The notes: generated by a model from the letters alone, not told the origin. A stretch of 64,000 nucleotides of DNA from Eledone cirrhosa (GCA_964016885.1 OZ024743.1:374976001-375040000), one strand, 5' to 3'; positions 27,947-41,004 are shown, counted from the first letter of the stretch. Numbers and translations: made by a program.

Positions 27947-29492
27947 ATGGAAGCCATTGCCACAGGTAACTATGACACGCCCACTAAACAAACTGAAGGA
28001 GAGCGGGTAGCTGAGGCAACAAGCCTCTCCACTGAAAGAATAATGATTATTAGAAACATTGAAAAACTGGAGCCCAACCCTAATGAAAAAAATGTGAAAA
28101 AAATTGACTCGGAGAAATTGCCAACATTAATGGATGCCGTTTCGGCTTTTCACGGTGCCACGCCCACCAGCAAAGGTGAAAGAGAAGTAGTAGCTGTGAA
28201 TACAAGTCTCTCGGATACTGAAAATATAAGTGAACTTTTTGAAGAAATTGAGTCTAACCTCAACGGGGAAAAATGTGAACGCATACACCAACATAAATAA
28301 CACAAACACAACAAAAAATGATAATTGTAACAACAAAAAACAAGAAAACAACCTCATTTCGACAAATGTAAATAGAGAGGGGGCGAACAAAATGACGTTC
28401 GCTCAAACCATAAAAAAAACTATTGTGTACGAACCTATTGACATTTCGAACATGGCCCAGCAAATGGAAAATGCACGGAAGTATATAACTTTGGAGGAGA
28501 ATGGTCTATTTTCTTTAAATTCTCCCCCAGAGCTAAAAAAGGAAAATAGCTTAAAAACTATTTATAGGACAATATCCAACAAAACCCGTAAGCCAGTACA
28601 ACTCACACAGACAGAGATTGAACTGGCTTTAAAAGATCATCTGAAAAACATTGTATTCATTCGGAAGGATAGACTCTACGGTAGTCCATCCATCCGAATG
28701 AAAGATAAATTGACGGCCGAAAAACATTCCCTGGCCCCAATTGTGTCCCCCTTATTTACCTTCTTCCCCACTTATTTGGGAAGAAAAACACAAAGATTGG
28801 CCATACACAGTATCGATCCAGATATTGATTTCTGGGCGGTAATGTGTGGCCTCCTCGACTTGAAAGAGGATGCAGTAATTTCGGTAGGTAAGTCTTCCAG
28901 CAACGTGTTCGGTGGAACTAACCTGCAAGTTCTGGTGAAAATGCAGCCAGAACGAATTGCTAGGATCCCCGACCGTATATTGCTGGATGGGCTTGCCTAC
29001 TTACACATCACAGTGGAGGGTAGACGACCCGCTTGTTACCTCTGTGGTAGCAGAGGTCACCTGAGGGCTGCCTGTTCCCAAGCAAACAAAAAAACACCGA
29101 TTTTGCCCACACCGACAACTACAACACCACCACCACCACCACCACAAGTTAAAACACAACTGAACCCCCCCCCCCACACACACACACATAAAACAAATAC
29201 AATAACACCCACACCACAAACACGAGCCGAAAATGAACCCCTCCCTCGAATACGGAAGACGACCCCCTTTCGTCGTCAGACGAGGGGGGGGGGCACTTTC
29301 ATAAAGTTAAAAGAAAAAAAAGAAAACACACCACAAGAACACAAATACAACCCCCCCCCCCCCCAAGACATAACACAGACATCAACACAAAAAAAACACA
29401 CAACAGCAAACAAAAAACATCACACAAAAAGAAAAATGTGCATATACTTACATAAATACAATAAACAAAAAACTGTTAAACTCTATTTATAA
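27947..29492 (+). pseudogene. ORF1 (gag-like nucleic-acid-binding protein), frameshifted near 28270
   Basis: CCHC knuckle CYLCGSRGHLRAAC and a Pro/Thr-rich tail, in two overlapping frames (27923-28300 and 28230-29492). Confidence 0.85.
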
Positions 29493-29556
29493 TAACAACT
29501 TAATAAAAACCGAGGGTTCGAATTTCGCACAAGCAACGGGGCTTCCCCATCTAAAA

Positions 29557-32500
29557 ATGATAAAAACCCCAATGGACATTTACAAAACGTTAAAAGACAC
29601 TTTTAAAGAGGACGTGGGGCCCCTCTGCGTCAGACCCATTAACCGTGTCCTCCTAAAAAATGGTCTGGGCTCACCTTGGAAGCAAGCAATGCTTCTAAAT
29701 GACATCAGATCACGATGTATAAATGTGATGGTTATTTGCGAGGCCCGGATCGGCAGCGTGCGACAGCTGGCCCCCATCTTTGATGACTTTGAGATGCACG
29801 CATCTCTCTGTCAGCCCGGAGGTGGGGGTGGGGTTGTCGTTCTGCTGCAAAAACATCTGGGTCTCGCTACACAGACGATACACTTGGACCCGGAGGGTCG
29901 ACTAGTGGTTCTGGACCTTGGCAGTGGTGAAGGCGGAGCTTTTAGGCTGGTCGCTGTCTACAGCCCTTTTGGGTCAACGCGGCCAGACTTCTTCCATCGT
30001 CTGGAGACTTTTCTAGGGACGTGCCGCTCCTTGTTTTTAGTGGGGGACTGGAATGGTATCCTAGATACACGTTGGGACTATGTAGGAGCATGTCCTGATA
30101 GAGGGGGTTGTAACAGCCTCAAGGGGTTAATCGGCCGATTCGACCTGGCCGATAGATATCGACTAGATTTTCCGACTGTGCCAACCTGGACTTGGAGAAA
30201 CCATAGCGGTCAATCTAGGTCGTACCTAGATAGGTTCTTAGTTAGAAATAAGGATAGGGACTTTTAAGTTGTCCAAAAATGCTCATGGTTGGCTATTCAG
30301 ACCACAAGTTAGTGACCTCCATTGTCAACCTTGATAGAACGCATAGACAGGGACCCGGTTACTGGAAGCTCAACTTGTCCTTATCGGCAAGTAAAGCTTA
30401 CAGGAACCGGATTAGTACATTAGTTAAGGAGAGGTTGACGGGCGCCATCGTCAACAGCAGGTGGTGGGGCTCTCTCAAAAGAGAGATTAGACTAGCTCCA
30501 ATAGGAGTTAGTAAGGAGTTAGCCTAAGATAGAAATAGGAAGGAAAGGGAGTTGATAGATAGTGTAGAAGAGGCAATTAGAAGCGGCGACGTAGCCAGAG
30601 TGCTAGCGTCGAGAACGGCCTTGGGCCAGTTCTTCAACGCGAAACACGAAGGCTGCGTTGTCCGAAGCAAAATACGTGCTCTGGCAAACGAGGGGACCAA
30701 AGCTGTTCGCTGGGCCCGCGTGACAGAAGCCAAACGTGGGACTAGATCCACTATCCTGTCTTTGCGAGACCAGGATGGACGGGTGATCCTTGAAACTAAG
30801 CAGATGTGCGAGGCCTTTCTAAGGCACTTTGCCCGATTGTTCGGAAGGGACGAGGGATAGGATGGGGATGTGGACCTCGGTCCATATATCGACGGCCTGC
30901 CGCGTCTTTCGGACGAGGAGGCGAAGTCCTGCGAGAGGCTGATCTCAGCTGCTGAAATAGGGGACGTGCTGAACCAATACGGCAGACACAAATCTCCGGG
31001 CCTCGATGGTCTTCCATACGAACTGTATTTAAGTATGCCGGACTTGTTCTTCGATATCCTCGAAGCGGTCTACTGCAACTGGCAACAGAACGGGAAAATT
31101 CCCCGTTCTTTGACCAAGGGCGTAGTCTCGCTAGTGAGGAAGGACGAGAACAAGAGGGATGAAATAAGTAATTTTAGGCCCATAACACTGCTAAATGCAG
31201 AGTTAAAGATTTTGGCCAAGGTGTTAGCAAATAGGTTGGCGCTTGTCGTGGGCAACCTGGTGGGAGATGCGCAGACATGCGCCATCCCGTCCAGATCCAT
31301 TCACGACAACCTCCATCTCATGCGATATATCATAGAGAGGGTTGGGAACGAACCCGGCTTTGGTGGAGCCCTGATCAACTTGGATCAATCTAAGGCGTTC
31401 TATAGGGTCGACCATGGTTACCTGGATGCGGTGCTAGTGGCGGCAGGTTTCGGACCCGTTTTCAGGGGCTGGGTCACTGCCATGCACAGCAGCCGCATCT
31501 GCTCTAGGGTCAAGGTGAACGGCTACCTCTCGGAGTCGTTCGAAATCACGCGGTCCATCCGACAGGGATGCCCTCTCTCCCCCCTTCTGTATGTATTGGC
31601 CCTAGAGCCACTGATGCGGAAGTTGGAGTTGTTACAGGGCATCCCTTTGGAACCGAGATTGCGGAAAGCGGTGTCGGCCTACGCCGATGACGTGACAGTA
31701 ATCGGAGCAATCGGCACCTTACTGGAGGAGTACGAAACGTTTACAGGGGCAAAGCTGAACCGGGACAAGTCAGTCGGTTTGCAACTCGGCGAGTGGAGGG
31801 GCAAACCGATGGCCTCCAACGACGTCGTCGGACGTTGGACGGAGGGCCCGGTGAAGTTGCTCGGGGTCTGGTTCGGGCCAGACCTCCAGGTGGAGAAGAA
31901 CTGGGGTGAGGTATCGAACAGGGTGTTTGCGCTGGCGCGGAAGTGGGCTGAGTGCAAACTATCCCTGAAAGGCCGGGCGGAGGTGGCGAACGCTTATATA
32001 GCGTCCGTCATCTATTACCGCCTGACCGTCGTGTCTTGCCCAAGGGAAACGCTCACCAAAAGCGAGTGCGCACTCTTCCAATTCCTTTGGAAGAAGCGGG
32101 CTCCTTTGGTGAGGATATCCATCTGCTGTCAACACCCTTCGAAAGGAGGGCTGGGGATGCCGTGGCTGCTGATGCGTAAACACGCATTAAGGCTACGGCA
32201 CCTCCAGGTATTCCTCACCGGTCAACCGGTGTGGGCCCCGTTCGTGAGGCGAGCCTTCCGAGACTCGTCTCGCTCACCGAGCTGCAGTCCTGGGTCAAGC
32301 AAAGACCGAGAAAACTGGGCGCCTGGCACACCGAGTGTGCTCAGGCGCTCACGGCACTCTGGCAGGCGGACCCGGCTATCGGTGGAGACTCCACCTCGTC
32401 ATTCTATAGAGGGCTGGTGGTTAGTAGGTGCGACGACGCCCTCGGACAAGCCCTAGGCATGGAAGAAAACGAACTGGCCAGCCTATTCGGGAGGACATTT

Positions 32501-33039
32501 GGCTGGGACCTATGGACAACTTCCAGAGGTCCCTGGCCTGGCAGTGCTACCGAGGGTCACTGTCCGTTCGAGAAAAGCTCTACAGAGACGGGCGCCCGCG
32601 TAGGGACCCTTCGAAAAAAATCTGTCCCAGATGCGTCCATGACGAGGAAACCGTTGCGCACGCATTGGTACACTGCTCGGGCGTTGCCGATCTGTGGGGC
32701 TATGTCGAACGACTGCTGTCACGGGTGGGACCAATCCGGTTGACCACTGAGTCCATTGTAACGATCAAGCCGCCTCCCCCCTTCAAAAATGAAGGAGAGG
32801 CAGTCTTCCTCTGTGTAATAGCCATGGTGAAAGAGGTTGTATGGTGGACACGTTTGAAAGGGCTGAGGTCAGACACCTTTCTCTCCGGCCAACAACTGGT
32901 CCTTTTCTTTAAATACCCTTTTAAGAGAAGGATCAGAATGGAGAGAGAGGTGCTCTACCCCAGCAAGTTTTATGAAAGGTGGGTGAACGTAGCGAGAATG
33001 GCCCGTGTGAATGGGCCTTCTCTCTTTATCAGCCTGTAG
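29557..33039 (+). pseudogene. ORF2: AP endonuclease, reverse transcriptase and C-terminal CCHC, with several frameshifts and stops
   Basis: APE motifs LVGDWN, YLDRFL and SDHK. RT motifs KSPGLDG, FRPITLLN, LDQSKAF, RQGCPLSP and YADD. CPRCVHDEETVAHALVHC at the C-terminus. Confidence 0.95.
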
Positions 33040-33964
33040 GTGGAAAGGTGGAAGTGCAAAGGAGCACCCCCTCTCTGTGCTCCGAAGGAAAGGGGTTGCA
33101 CACTTTTTCGGGGGTGTGTGTAACCCCCAAAACGCCTCCTCCCTATTGAGGACTGTATTGTTAATTTTATATTTGTTATTTGTTTTTTTTACTCGTTCCT
33201 TTATGTAAACCGCCCCCTTGTGTTTTCTCCCTTCTTTTGTGCCCTCGTGGCAAATAAATAGAAACTTATCTATGGAAGAACTTGGATGTACTCCAACAAA
33301 AAGAGGAATGAGATCTGCTAGATTTTAAATGCCCAAGATACACCATGTGACAAAACGGCGCCCCTACGACTCTATCAGGAGTTAAGGGCTCCTTACCTTT
33401 TTTTATATTATCTAATATGACATGTCATTATTTTCTTAACATTTTCCTTATATTTCTAATCACAGACACTGCCTATGGTACTCAAATAATTTTTGAAAAT
33501 AATAAAATGCTTTAGGGAGTTTGTAATATAACTAACCTTTTAATTATTAAGCTGGTTTGAAACATAACTTGACAAATGATGGAAGATTTTTAGAATAAAT
33601 ATAAACACTTTAAAGCATACTGTTGTGTATCGTAGAACCGTAGGCTGTATCAAAAATGTTAATATGCTATGGTATGATTTGAAGATGTGGCTGCTATTTG
33701 TAGCAGAACATTTCATCACGTAAAAATTCCCTCCTAGATTAGAAATTGAGAAAGTCAAAGGTTATTCTATTCTCCAAGACAGGTGACTAATCTAATTCAG
33801 ATAACATTTGTTTTCGTGAGAAATTATGCAACCCTCTGGCAGTTGTTATAGTTCTGTTGATTATTCCTTTCTAAAGTTTTTGCTTTTGTTGCTGTTGTTG
33901 TTGCTGTTGTTATTCAATCTCAGATTAACATTGATTGAGCAAACCTATGAACAAATGCATGTGC

Positions 33965-34230
33965 ATGGAATTGGCAGAGTCGTTAGAGCATCGGATAAAA
34001 TGCTTTGTGCTATTCGATCCGACTCCCTGTGCTCTCTGAGTTCAAATACCGGTGACGTCAACATTGCTTTTCATGTTTTTGAGGTCGATAAAAAAGTACC
34101 AGTTCTGTATTGGGATCAATTATTCCTCTATATTTTTTTCTCGCTTCCTTGCTATAATTCTTTCTCTCTCCTTCTCAGGAAGAAATCGGCGATGTTCCGA
34201 CCAGGTTTCAATTGCTCAAGACTCGCTATA
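33965..34230 (+). mobile_element. S1-type SINE whose downstream segment runs into the 27-bp satellite
   Basis: ggaattggcagagtcgttagagc...gttcaaatacc...gaggtcgataaaaaagtaccagt...ggaagaaatcggc...ccaggtttcaattgctcaagac. Confidence 0.8.
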
Positions 34231-35915
34231 TGTCATGACGGCTCAAGACTCACTGTATGTCATGACGGCTCAAGACTCACTGTATGTCATGACGGCCGAA
34301 GACTCACTGTATGCCATGACGGCTCAAGACTCACTGTATGTCATGACGGCCGAAGACTCGCTGTATGTCATGACGGCTCAAGACTCACTGTATGTCATGA
34401 CGGCTCAAGACTCACTGTATGTCATGACGGCCGAAGACTCGCTGTATGTCATGACGGCCGAAGACTCGCTGTATGTCATGACGGCCGAAGACTCGCTGTA
34501 TGTCATGACGGCCGAAGACTCGCTGTATGCCATGCCGGCTCAAGACTCGCTGTATGCCATGACGGCTCAAGACTCACTGTATGTCATGACGGCTCAAGAC
34601 TCACTGTATGTCATGACGGCCGAAGACTCGCTGTATGTCATGACGGCCGAAGACTCGCTGTATGTCATGACGGCTCAAGACTCACTTATGTCATGACGGC
34701 CGAAGACTCGCTGTATGCCATGACGGCTCAAGACTCACTGTATGTCATGACGGCCGAAGACTCGCTGTATGTCATGACGGCCGAAGACTCGCTGTATGTC
34801 ATAACGGCTCAAGACTCACTGTATGTCATGACGGCCGAAGACTCGCTGTATGTCATGACGGCCGAAGACTCGCTGTATGTCATGACGGCTCAAGACTCAC
34901 TGTATGTCATGACGGCCGAAGACTCGCTGTATGCCATGACGGCTCAAGACTCACTGTATGTCATGACGGCCGAAGATTCGCTGTATGTCATGACGGCCGA
35001 AGACTCGCTGTATGCCATGACGGCTCAAGACTCGCTGTATGCCATGACGGCTCAAGACTCACTGTATGTCATGACGGCTCAAGACTCACTGTATGTCATG
35101 ACGGCCGAAGACTCGCTGTATGTCATGACGGCTCAAGACTCACTGTATGTCATGACGGCCGAAGACTCGCTGTATGTCATGACGGCCGAAGACTCGCTGT
35201 ATGTCATGACGGCCGAAGACTCGCTGTATGCCATGACGGCTCAAGACTCACTGTATGTCATGACGGCTCAAGACTCACTGTATGTCATGACGGCCGAAGA
35301 CTCGCTGTATGTCATGACGGCTCAAGACTCACTGTATGTCATGACGGCCGAAGACTCGCTGTATGTCATGACGGCTCAAGACTCGCTGTATGTCATGACG
35401 GCTCAAGACTCACTGTATGTCATGACGGCTCAAGACTCGCTGTATGCCATGACGGCTCAAGACTCACTGTATGCCATGACGGCTCAAGACTCGCTGTATG
35501 TCATGACGGCTCAAGACTCACTGTATGTCATGACGGCCCAAGACTCGCTGTATGCCATGACGGCTCAAGACTCGCTGTATGTCATGACGGCTCAAGACTC
35601 GCTGTATGTCATGACGGCCGAAGACTCGCTGTATGTCATGACGGCTCAAGACTCGCTGTATGCCATGACGGCCGAAGACTCGCTGTATGTCATGACGGCT
35701 CAAGACTCGCTGTATGCCATGACGGCTCAAGACTCGCTGTATGTCATGACGGCTCAAGACTCACTGTATGTCATGACGGCCCAAGACTCGCTGTATGCCA
35801 TGACGGCTCAAGACTCGCTGTATGTCATGACGGCTCAAGACTCGCTGCATGTCATGACGGCTCAAGACTCGCTGTATGTCATGACGGCTCAAGACTCGCT
35901 GTATGTCATGACGGC
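34214..35915. repeat. 27-bp minisatellite GACGGC(TC/CG)AAGACTC(A/G)CTGTATG(T/C)CAT
   Basis: About 1.7 kb of tandem units with three dimorphic sites. Confidence 0.97.
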
Positions 35916-36142
35916 GTCTCTCCGACCTCATCACCATATACAAGTCCATACATTACATACAAACAACACTGAAGGACATCTAACTTTGGCCATAATGTAA
36001 TTATACGTGCTTTATTTAATTTAATTATGTTTCAATGGTAGCCTCTGAGTAAAGTGCAATTTTGTTACTATTTCTAGCGGTTTAAATCAACCACATTTAT
36101 ATTAGTAAGCAAAATATAAAATAAATAGACAATAAACAGTAA

Positions 36143-36781
36143 TCTATATATATAAAACTGAGGATGTCTGTCTGTGTGTGTGTCTGTGAGTTTGAATCCC
36201 TAAAACTTGAGAAGTACCCAACCGATTTTTTTCAAACTTTACATGTGTATTACGTATGTTTCAGGGAGTGTTATGCACATCAAAATTCAACTTTTTGATC
36301 TCCTAAGGCCCGCATTAGGTGAAAAACTGCGTTTTTTAAGCTTTTTATGGGTTTTTTGCGGCGTTACGTCAGATCGATTTCCTTGAAATTGTAACTATGT
36401 ATTAGTCAGTCTCTTCTTCATACCGTGAGCAAAGAAAATCCAACACTTTATGGCCTAGGGCCCGCATTAGGTGAAAAACTTCATTTTTTCAGCTTTTTAC
36501 GGCTTTTTGGAGGCGTTACGTCTAGCCGATTTTCCCCAAATTTCAAGGCATATTATGCACATAAAAAAATTCATTTTCTGCTTCCCTAGGGCCCGCATTA
36601 GGTGAAAACCTGCAGTTTTCATGCTTCATCGAGGAAAATCTTAACGATTATCCAGCCATCAGAGTATTCGGTTTATTTTCTTTACATATTGTCCAGGAAT
36701 GCAGTTTTTACATGATTAGGTCTGTTGGCGGCCCGCGTTCCATAATACCTTATCCCGTGCAACGCCGGGTACCACTGCTAG
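36143..36781 (+). mobile_element. Non-autonomous Helitron
   Basis: 5' TC(TATATATATAAAA), subterminal hairpin CCCGTGCAACGCCGGG, 3' CTAG, inserted between A and T. Three internal repeats of gcccgcattaggtgaaaa at about 36308, 36460 and 36591. Confidence 0.85.
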
Positions 36782-37767
36782 TGATATATAAATCGAAACC
36801 TGTGTGTTGTATTTTATTGCATGTTGCATTGTTACTCCTTATACAAATGTAAGGTTTGGACTCCAAAAGTTCAGTGAAGCCCCTAGGTAGTGTTATCAAT
36901 ACTGTTCACTTTGAAAACCCTTAGTATAGATTATCCTATATATGCTCTATCTGTTTGGGTTCTGCGGCTTTTTCTTTCTCTAGCTCTCACACTAGTCTCA
37001 AACATCATACTTGATGTCTGACTTATCAAGTGTGTGTGCGTTGATGTTCTCTCTCTTTCACTCACTACCTCTCTCTCTCTCGCTCTCCCCATCACTCACT
37101 ATTTTAAGCAAATAGGAGCCCACGTACTGGCCACCTCGCGGTCCCGGCGGACAGAATAGAAGAAGGCGTTTCCCCGGAGGATGGTGAGGGAAACGTGCTT
37201 GAAGAGCCATTCCAGCTCGCGAGGCTCACACCTGCGAGTAACCAACTCAGTGACGATCGTGGTGAGTCGGGAGGTGGAACATGGCGGAGCGAAGAAGCTA
37301 AGTACTAAAAGACACTCAATCTACAGAGATTCCACTATTCCTGCCAATTCATCCATTAAATATATAACATGGATAGGATTTACTAAATACATTATATCGT
37401 CAGAAGAGACAAGATCCAGATTTATATTTCTCGCTAGAGAAATTTAGACAAGCCAATGCTTGTCATTGATTATTTTCAAACAACGTAAAAACAGACTCCT
37501 CACAGGATCCCGTTTGATCGCAGAGAAACATTAGACGTTTGGAAAGCGCTGCGAAAAGTGGGTGAGAATCATATCCGCAAATATCCGCTGACTTGTCAAA
37601 GGAAGTAATTCGGAAATTGTTTGCAATTTAAACATTTCGGACAATAGTAATGTATACGCATCACTTCGCAATCTTATAACACTGAAATCCATATTTCCTA
37701 CCTCTTCATTTATCTAAGCCATTTCTTTGCATGCATATATATATATATGTGTGTGTGTGTATAAATG

Positions 37768-37805
<38 letters not shown>

Positions 37806-37813
37806 TTATATAC

Positions 37814-37868
<55 letters not shown>

Positions 37869-38052
37869 TGTGTGTGTGTATAAATGTATGTATATATATA
37901 TATATATATGTAGGAGGTGAGTTTTATTGTAGTACAATAAAGCAATGCAGATATCGGATAAGAAGCACTCTACAGTTTGTAGGACTGGAGTATACATAAT
38001 ATATAAGAACAAAAGATGGTTAAAAGAGTTCCATGTATTTTATTATGCGCAT

Positions 38053-38320
38053 TTCGTCTTTTAAATACAAACTTAAAAGAACCAACACGGCTCTCTCAGA
38101 ACTCATATGGTCCTTGAAAGACAAAAATATTAAATACAGCATCTTTTGGAAGAAGGTTTCTTCTGCGTCTCCATACTTGAACAGTTCTCTATCCAAGATT
38201 TGCAATCTCTGTCTAAACGAAAAATTTACCATTATATCGTCTATAATAAATAGACGCACTGACTTGTTTTCTATCTGCTTGCATAAATTCCACAAAACAT
38301 TCCACAAAGTATACAGCTAA
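38053..38320 (+). pseudogene. Penelope-like GIY-YIG endonuclease, C-terminal fragment
   Basis: SSFKYKLKRTNTALSELIWSLKDKNIKYSIFW...CNLCLNEKFTII...NRRTDLFSICLHK, close to 59735-60008. Confidence 0.85.
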
Positions 38321-39308
38321 TATCCAAAACTTTATCAATTTAGAATCTTTTTCTCAAAGGCACATATATATATATACACTTCTTTAAAAATATACCCACC
38401 TTTCTACCTTATTTCAAAGTTTTTATTATACATTATATAATACTTGTTACTCATTCTATAATACTTGTTACTCATTCAATATCGCTCCTATTTATCACTT
38501 CCCTTTCTTCTCTTTTTCTTTTAATGTCTAACCCCTAATCTGTACCTTTTCTCACTGTTGCCTAACATAGAAGCAATTATTACATAATACAATACATTCT
38601 TACTCTATATCACCTTGTAAAAATCCTTCGTAAACATAAACATTTTTTTGACGTTAGATTATTCATCCTCAATTCATTATTCTTTTCTCCCTTTCATCTA
38701 ACTTATTCATGCTCATCTCACAATATATCCTTACTTAAATTACCTGTTGTTCTTTTTAATAATACATATCAACATTTTCTTTCCATCGCACATATTATTA
38801 AACCCCTAAATATTATTAAACCCTTAAACATTATTCTTAATACATATTAACTTTTTCTTTCCATCGCACATATTATTAAACCCTTAAATATTATTCTTAA
38901 TACATATTAACATTTTCTTTTCATCGCACATATTATTAAACCCTTCAATATACAAACCTTAACTTTACATTATTTTTCTCTTCGTTAATTTTCAAATTCT
39001 TTTAATTTATATATTATCTTCCAACGGTTTTCAACCTCTCTATGTAAAACAATATATCTTTCTCAGTTATAAAAGCTATCTCTCTCTCTCTATCACCCAT
39101 CTCTCCTCCTATCTCATCCTTCCTCATTATACTCCTCCCCCTCCACTTTTTACTCTCATCTCCTCCTCTTTCTCATCCTTTCCACCACCCCCCTCAAAAT
39201 AAAATATTTTTCCCAATATCACACATCAATCTAAAACTATTTTTCATATGTTGATTTAAAACTGCACTATCCACAAGTGGTTTTTAATCTTCATATCATG
39301 TCTTCCTG

Positions 39309-39375
39309 TTTTATCTGATGAAAACGCAAATATTATTACATGATGATATTTGTTTTTGAAATGCGCATAATAAAA
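39309..39375 (+). ncRNA. Minimal type I hammerhead ribozyme
   Basis: TTTTAT-CTGATGA-[AAACGCAAATATTATT/GATGATATTTGTTTT]-GAAA-TGCGCA-TA-ATAAAA, with a palindromic ATGCGCAT stem III. Confidence 0.85.
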
Positions 39376-39474
39376 TACATGGAACTCTTTTAACCATCTT
39401 TTGTTCTTATATATATATATATATATGCATTATATACATATATATATATATATGTGTGTGTGTGTATATAAATG

Positions 39475-39534
<60 letters not shown>

Positions 39535-39569
39535 TATATATTGTATATACATATATATACACACACATA

Positions 39570-39608
<39 letters not shown>

Positions 39609-39814
39609 CAAGAATCTTGTCCGGCGGTCAATTGATTTCACGATTCATTGATACTTTACTTTATTGATCCCGAAAGAATAAAAGGAAAATGTCAGCCTTG
39701 TGGGATTCTAACTCAGTAGACAGGCGCCCCTAATTTACTGATCATCTCTTCTTCATAATGTTGGCCTATAATTTCTTGTCCATGCCACTACTACTATACT
39801 CTAGTTCATGATAA

Positions 39815-40010
39815 TGGTTTCTTATATAAGCACAAGGCCAGCAATTTTTTGGGGGGGACGGGGAGGGCGATTAAATCGACCCCAGTGCGTGACTGGTACG
39901 TTATTTTATCGACCTCGTACGGATGAAAGGCAAAGTTAACCTCGGCAGGATTTGAACTCAGATCATAAAGGGCGTCCGACCTTCTACCGATACTGCCAAT
40001 CCACCGCCCT
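39815..40010 (-). mobile_element. S1 SINE
   Basis: Full reverse-complement copy ending ctgccaatccaccgccc. Confidence 0.85.
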
Positions 40011-40352
40011 CTTCTAGTTCATGATAATGCTAATAGTTTATCTAATATTTCCCATATCCTTTATCTAGACTACTGCATTCGTCGTATTCAATAATATTCT
40101 TAAAAGCAGAAGAAACAGTGAAACTGTGGTGAAACTGCTTCTTCTGCTTTTTAAGTACACATGTCGCTTTTAAATGTAATAAAACTTGACATGCTGTTTT
40201 TTTTTGCTTTATGTGTCTGACCTGTATGGGATATGTAGAATAGTGGACCGGCACCCAGTATATTTATTGAGTCATGGCCCGCCCTCCTTAAAACGTTCGT
40301 AGAGTAAAAGCATGTAAATCTTAACTGGTTATTCATTGTTATTTTATATATA

Positions 40353-41004
40353 CAGTAATCCCCGCTACATCGCGGTTCACTTTTCGCTGTCCCGCTACAT
40401 CACGGATTTTTCTTTGGAATGTATCTAATTTGCTATTGCGGTAATCTTCACTATGTGGAGGATTTTTGGTTAGAACATATCTATTTTCTTATCGCAGTAA
40501 TCCTCGCTACATCACGGATTTTTCTTTAGAACATATCTATTTTCTTATCGCGATCTGAATAAAATGTGTTTAAAATTTAAACTTATTAAATAAATTTCGA
40601 TGTGATTGAAGTGTATAGCGTAAGTGTACGACTTTAACTGTAAAAAATGTTTTTATTCTTCATTCAATTACTATTTTACTGATTGTGTCTTTCTCTAATC
40701 TACTATAAACATAGATTGACGGGAGATGTGCAGTGTATTACCAAGCGGCTAACGTGGCTGGTAATGGTCGTCATTGGTAACTAGTGGTACGATGGCTGGT
40801 GTAATTTCTATACGATCGTTACTGGGTGTTTTGTTTTTTTTTGGTGTTTAAATACAAAAGTGTGTTTTAATGAGTTTATATGTATTTACAGCGTGCAGGA
40901 GAGGTATTTTAAGGCTTAAACTATGAAAACAACAGTTGTCTTTATGGTTTCTCTATATCGCGGTTGGTTCTGGAACGTATTCCCAGCGAAACGGGGGATT
41001 TCTG
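40353..41004. mobile_element. Tc1/pogo (Tigger-like) MITE
   Basis: TA-CAGTAATCCCCGCTACATCGC...GCGAAACGGGGGATTTCTG-TA imperfect TIRs, a TA target duplication and repeated subterminal cgctacatc(g/a)cgg motifs. Confidence 0.75.

Larger units (their letters stand above)
27738..33266 (+). mobile_element. Near full-length Tx1/L1-clade non-LTR retrotransposon (decayed)
   Basis: 5' UTR, ORF1 with a zinc knuckle, ORF2 with APE, RT and CCHC, and a 3' UTR ending in AATAAA. Flanked by TATCTAT at 27731-27737 and 33267-33273. It splits an S1-type SINE. Confidence 0.93.
37910..39410 (+). mobile_element. 5'-truncated Penelope-like element with an inverted terminal repeat at its 5' end
   Basis: 38000-38055 is the reverse complement of 39358-39412. 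Then come the ORF remnant, an AT/CT-rich 3' region with three about 60-bp repeats (38760-38945) and a hammerhead-bearing repeat. Confidence 0.8.

Noticed and set aside
33826-36000. 724-aa ORF with 9-aa repeats (MTAQDSLYV)
   Set aside because: It is SINE sequence plus a 27-bp satellite that lacks stops. The repeat frame switches at a 2-bp deletion near 34686, which argues against coding constraint.
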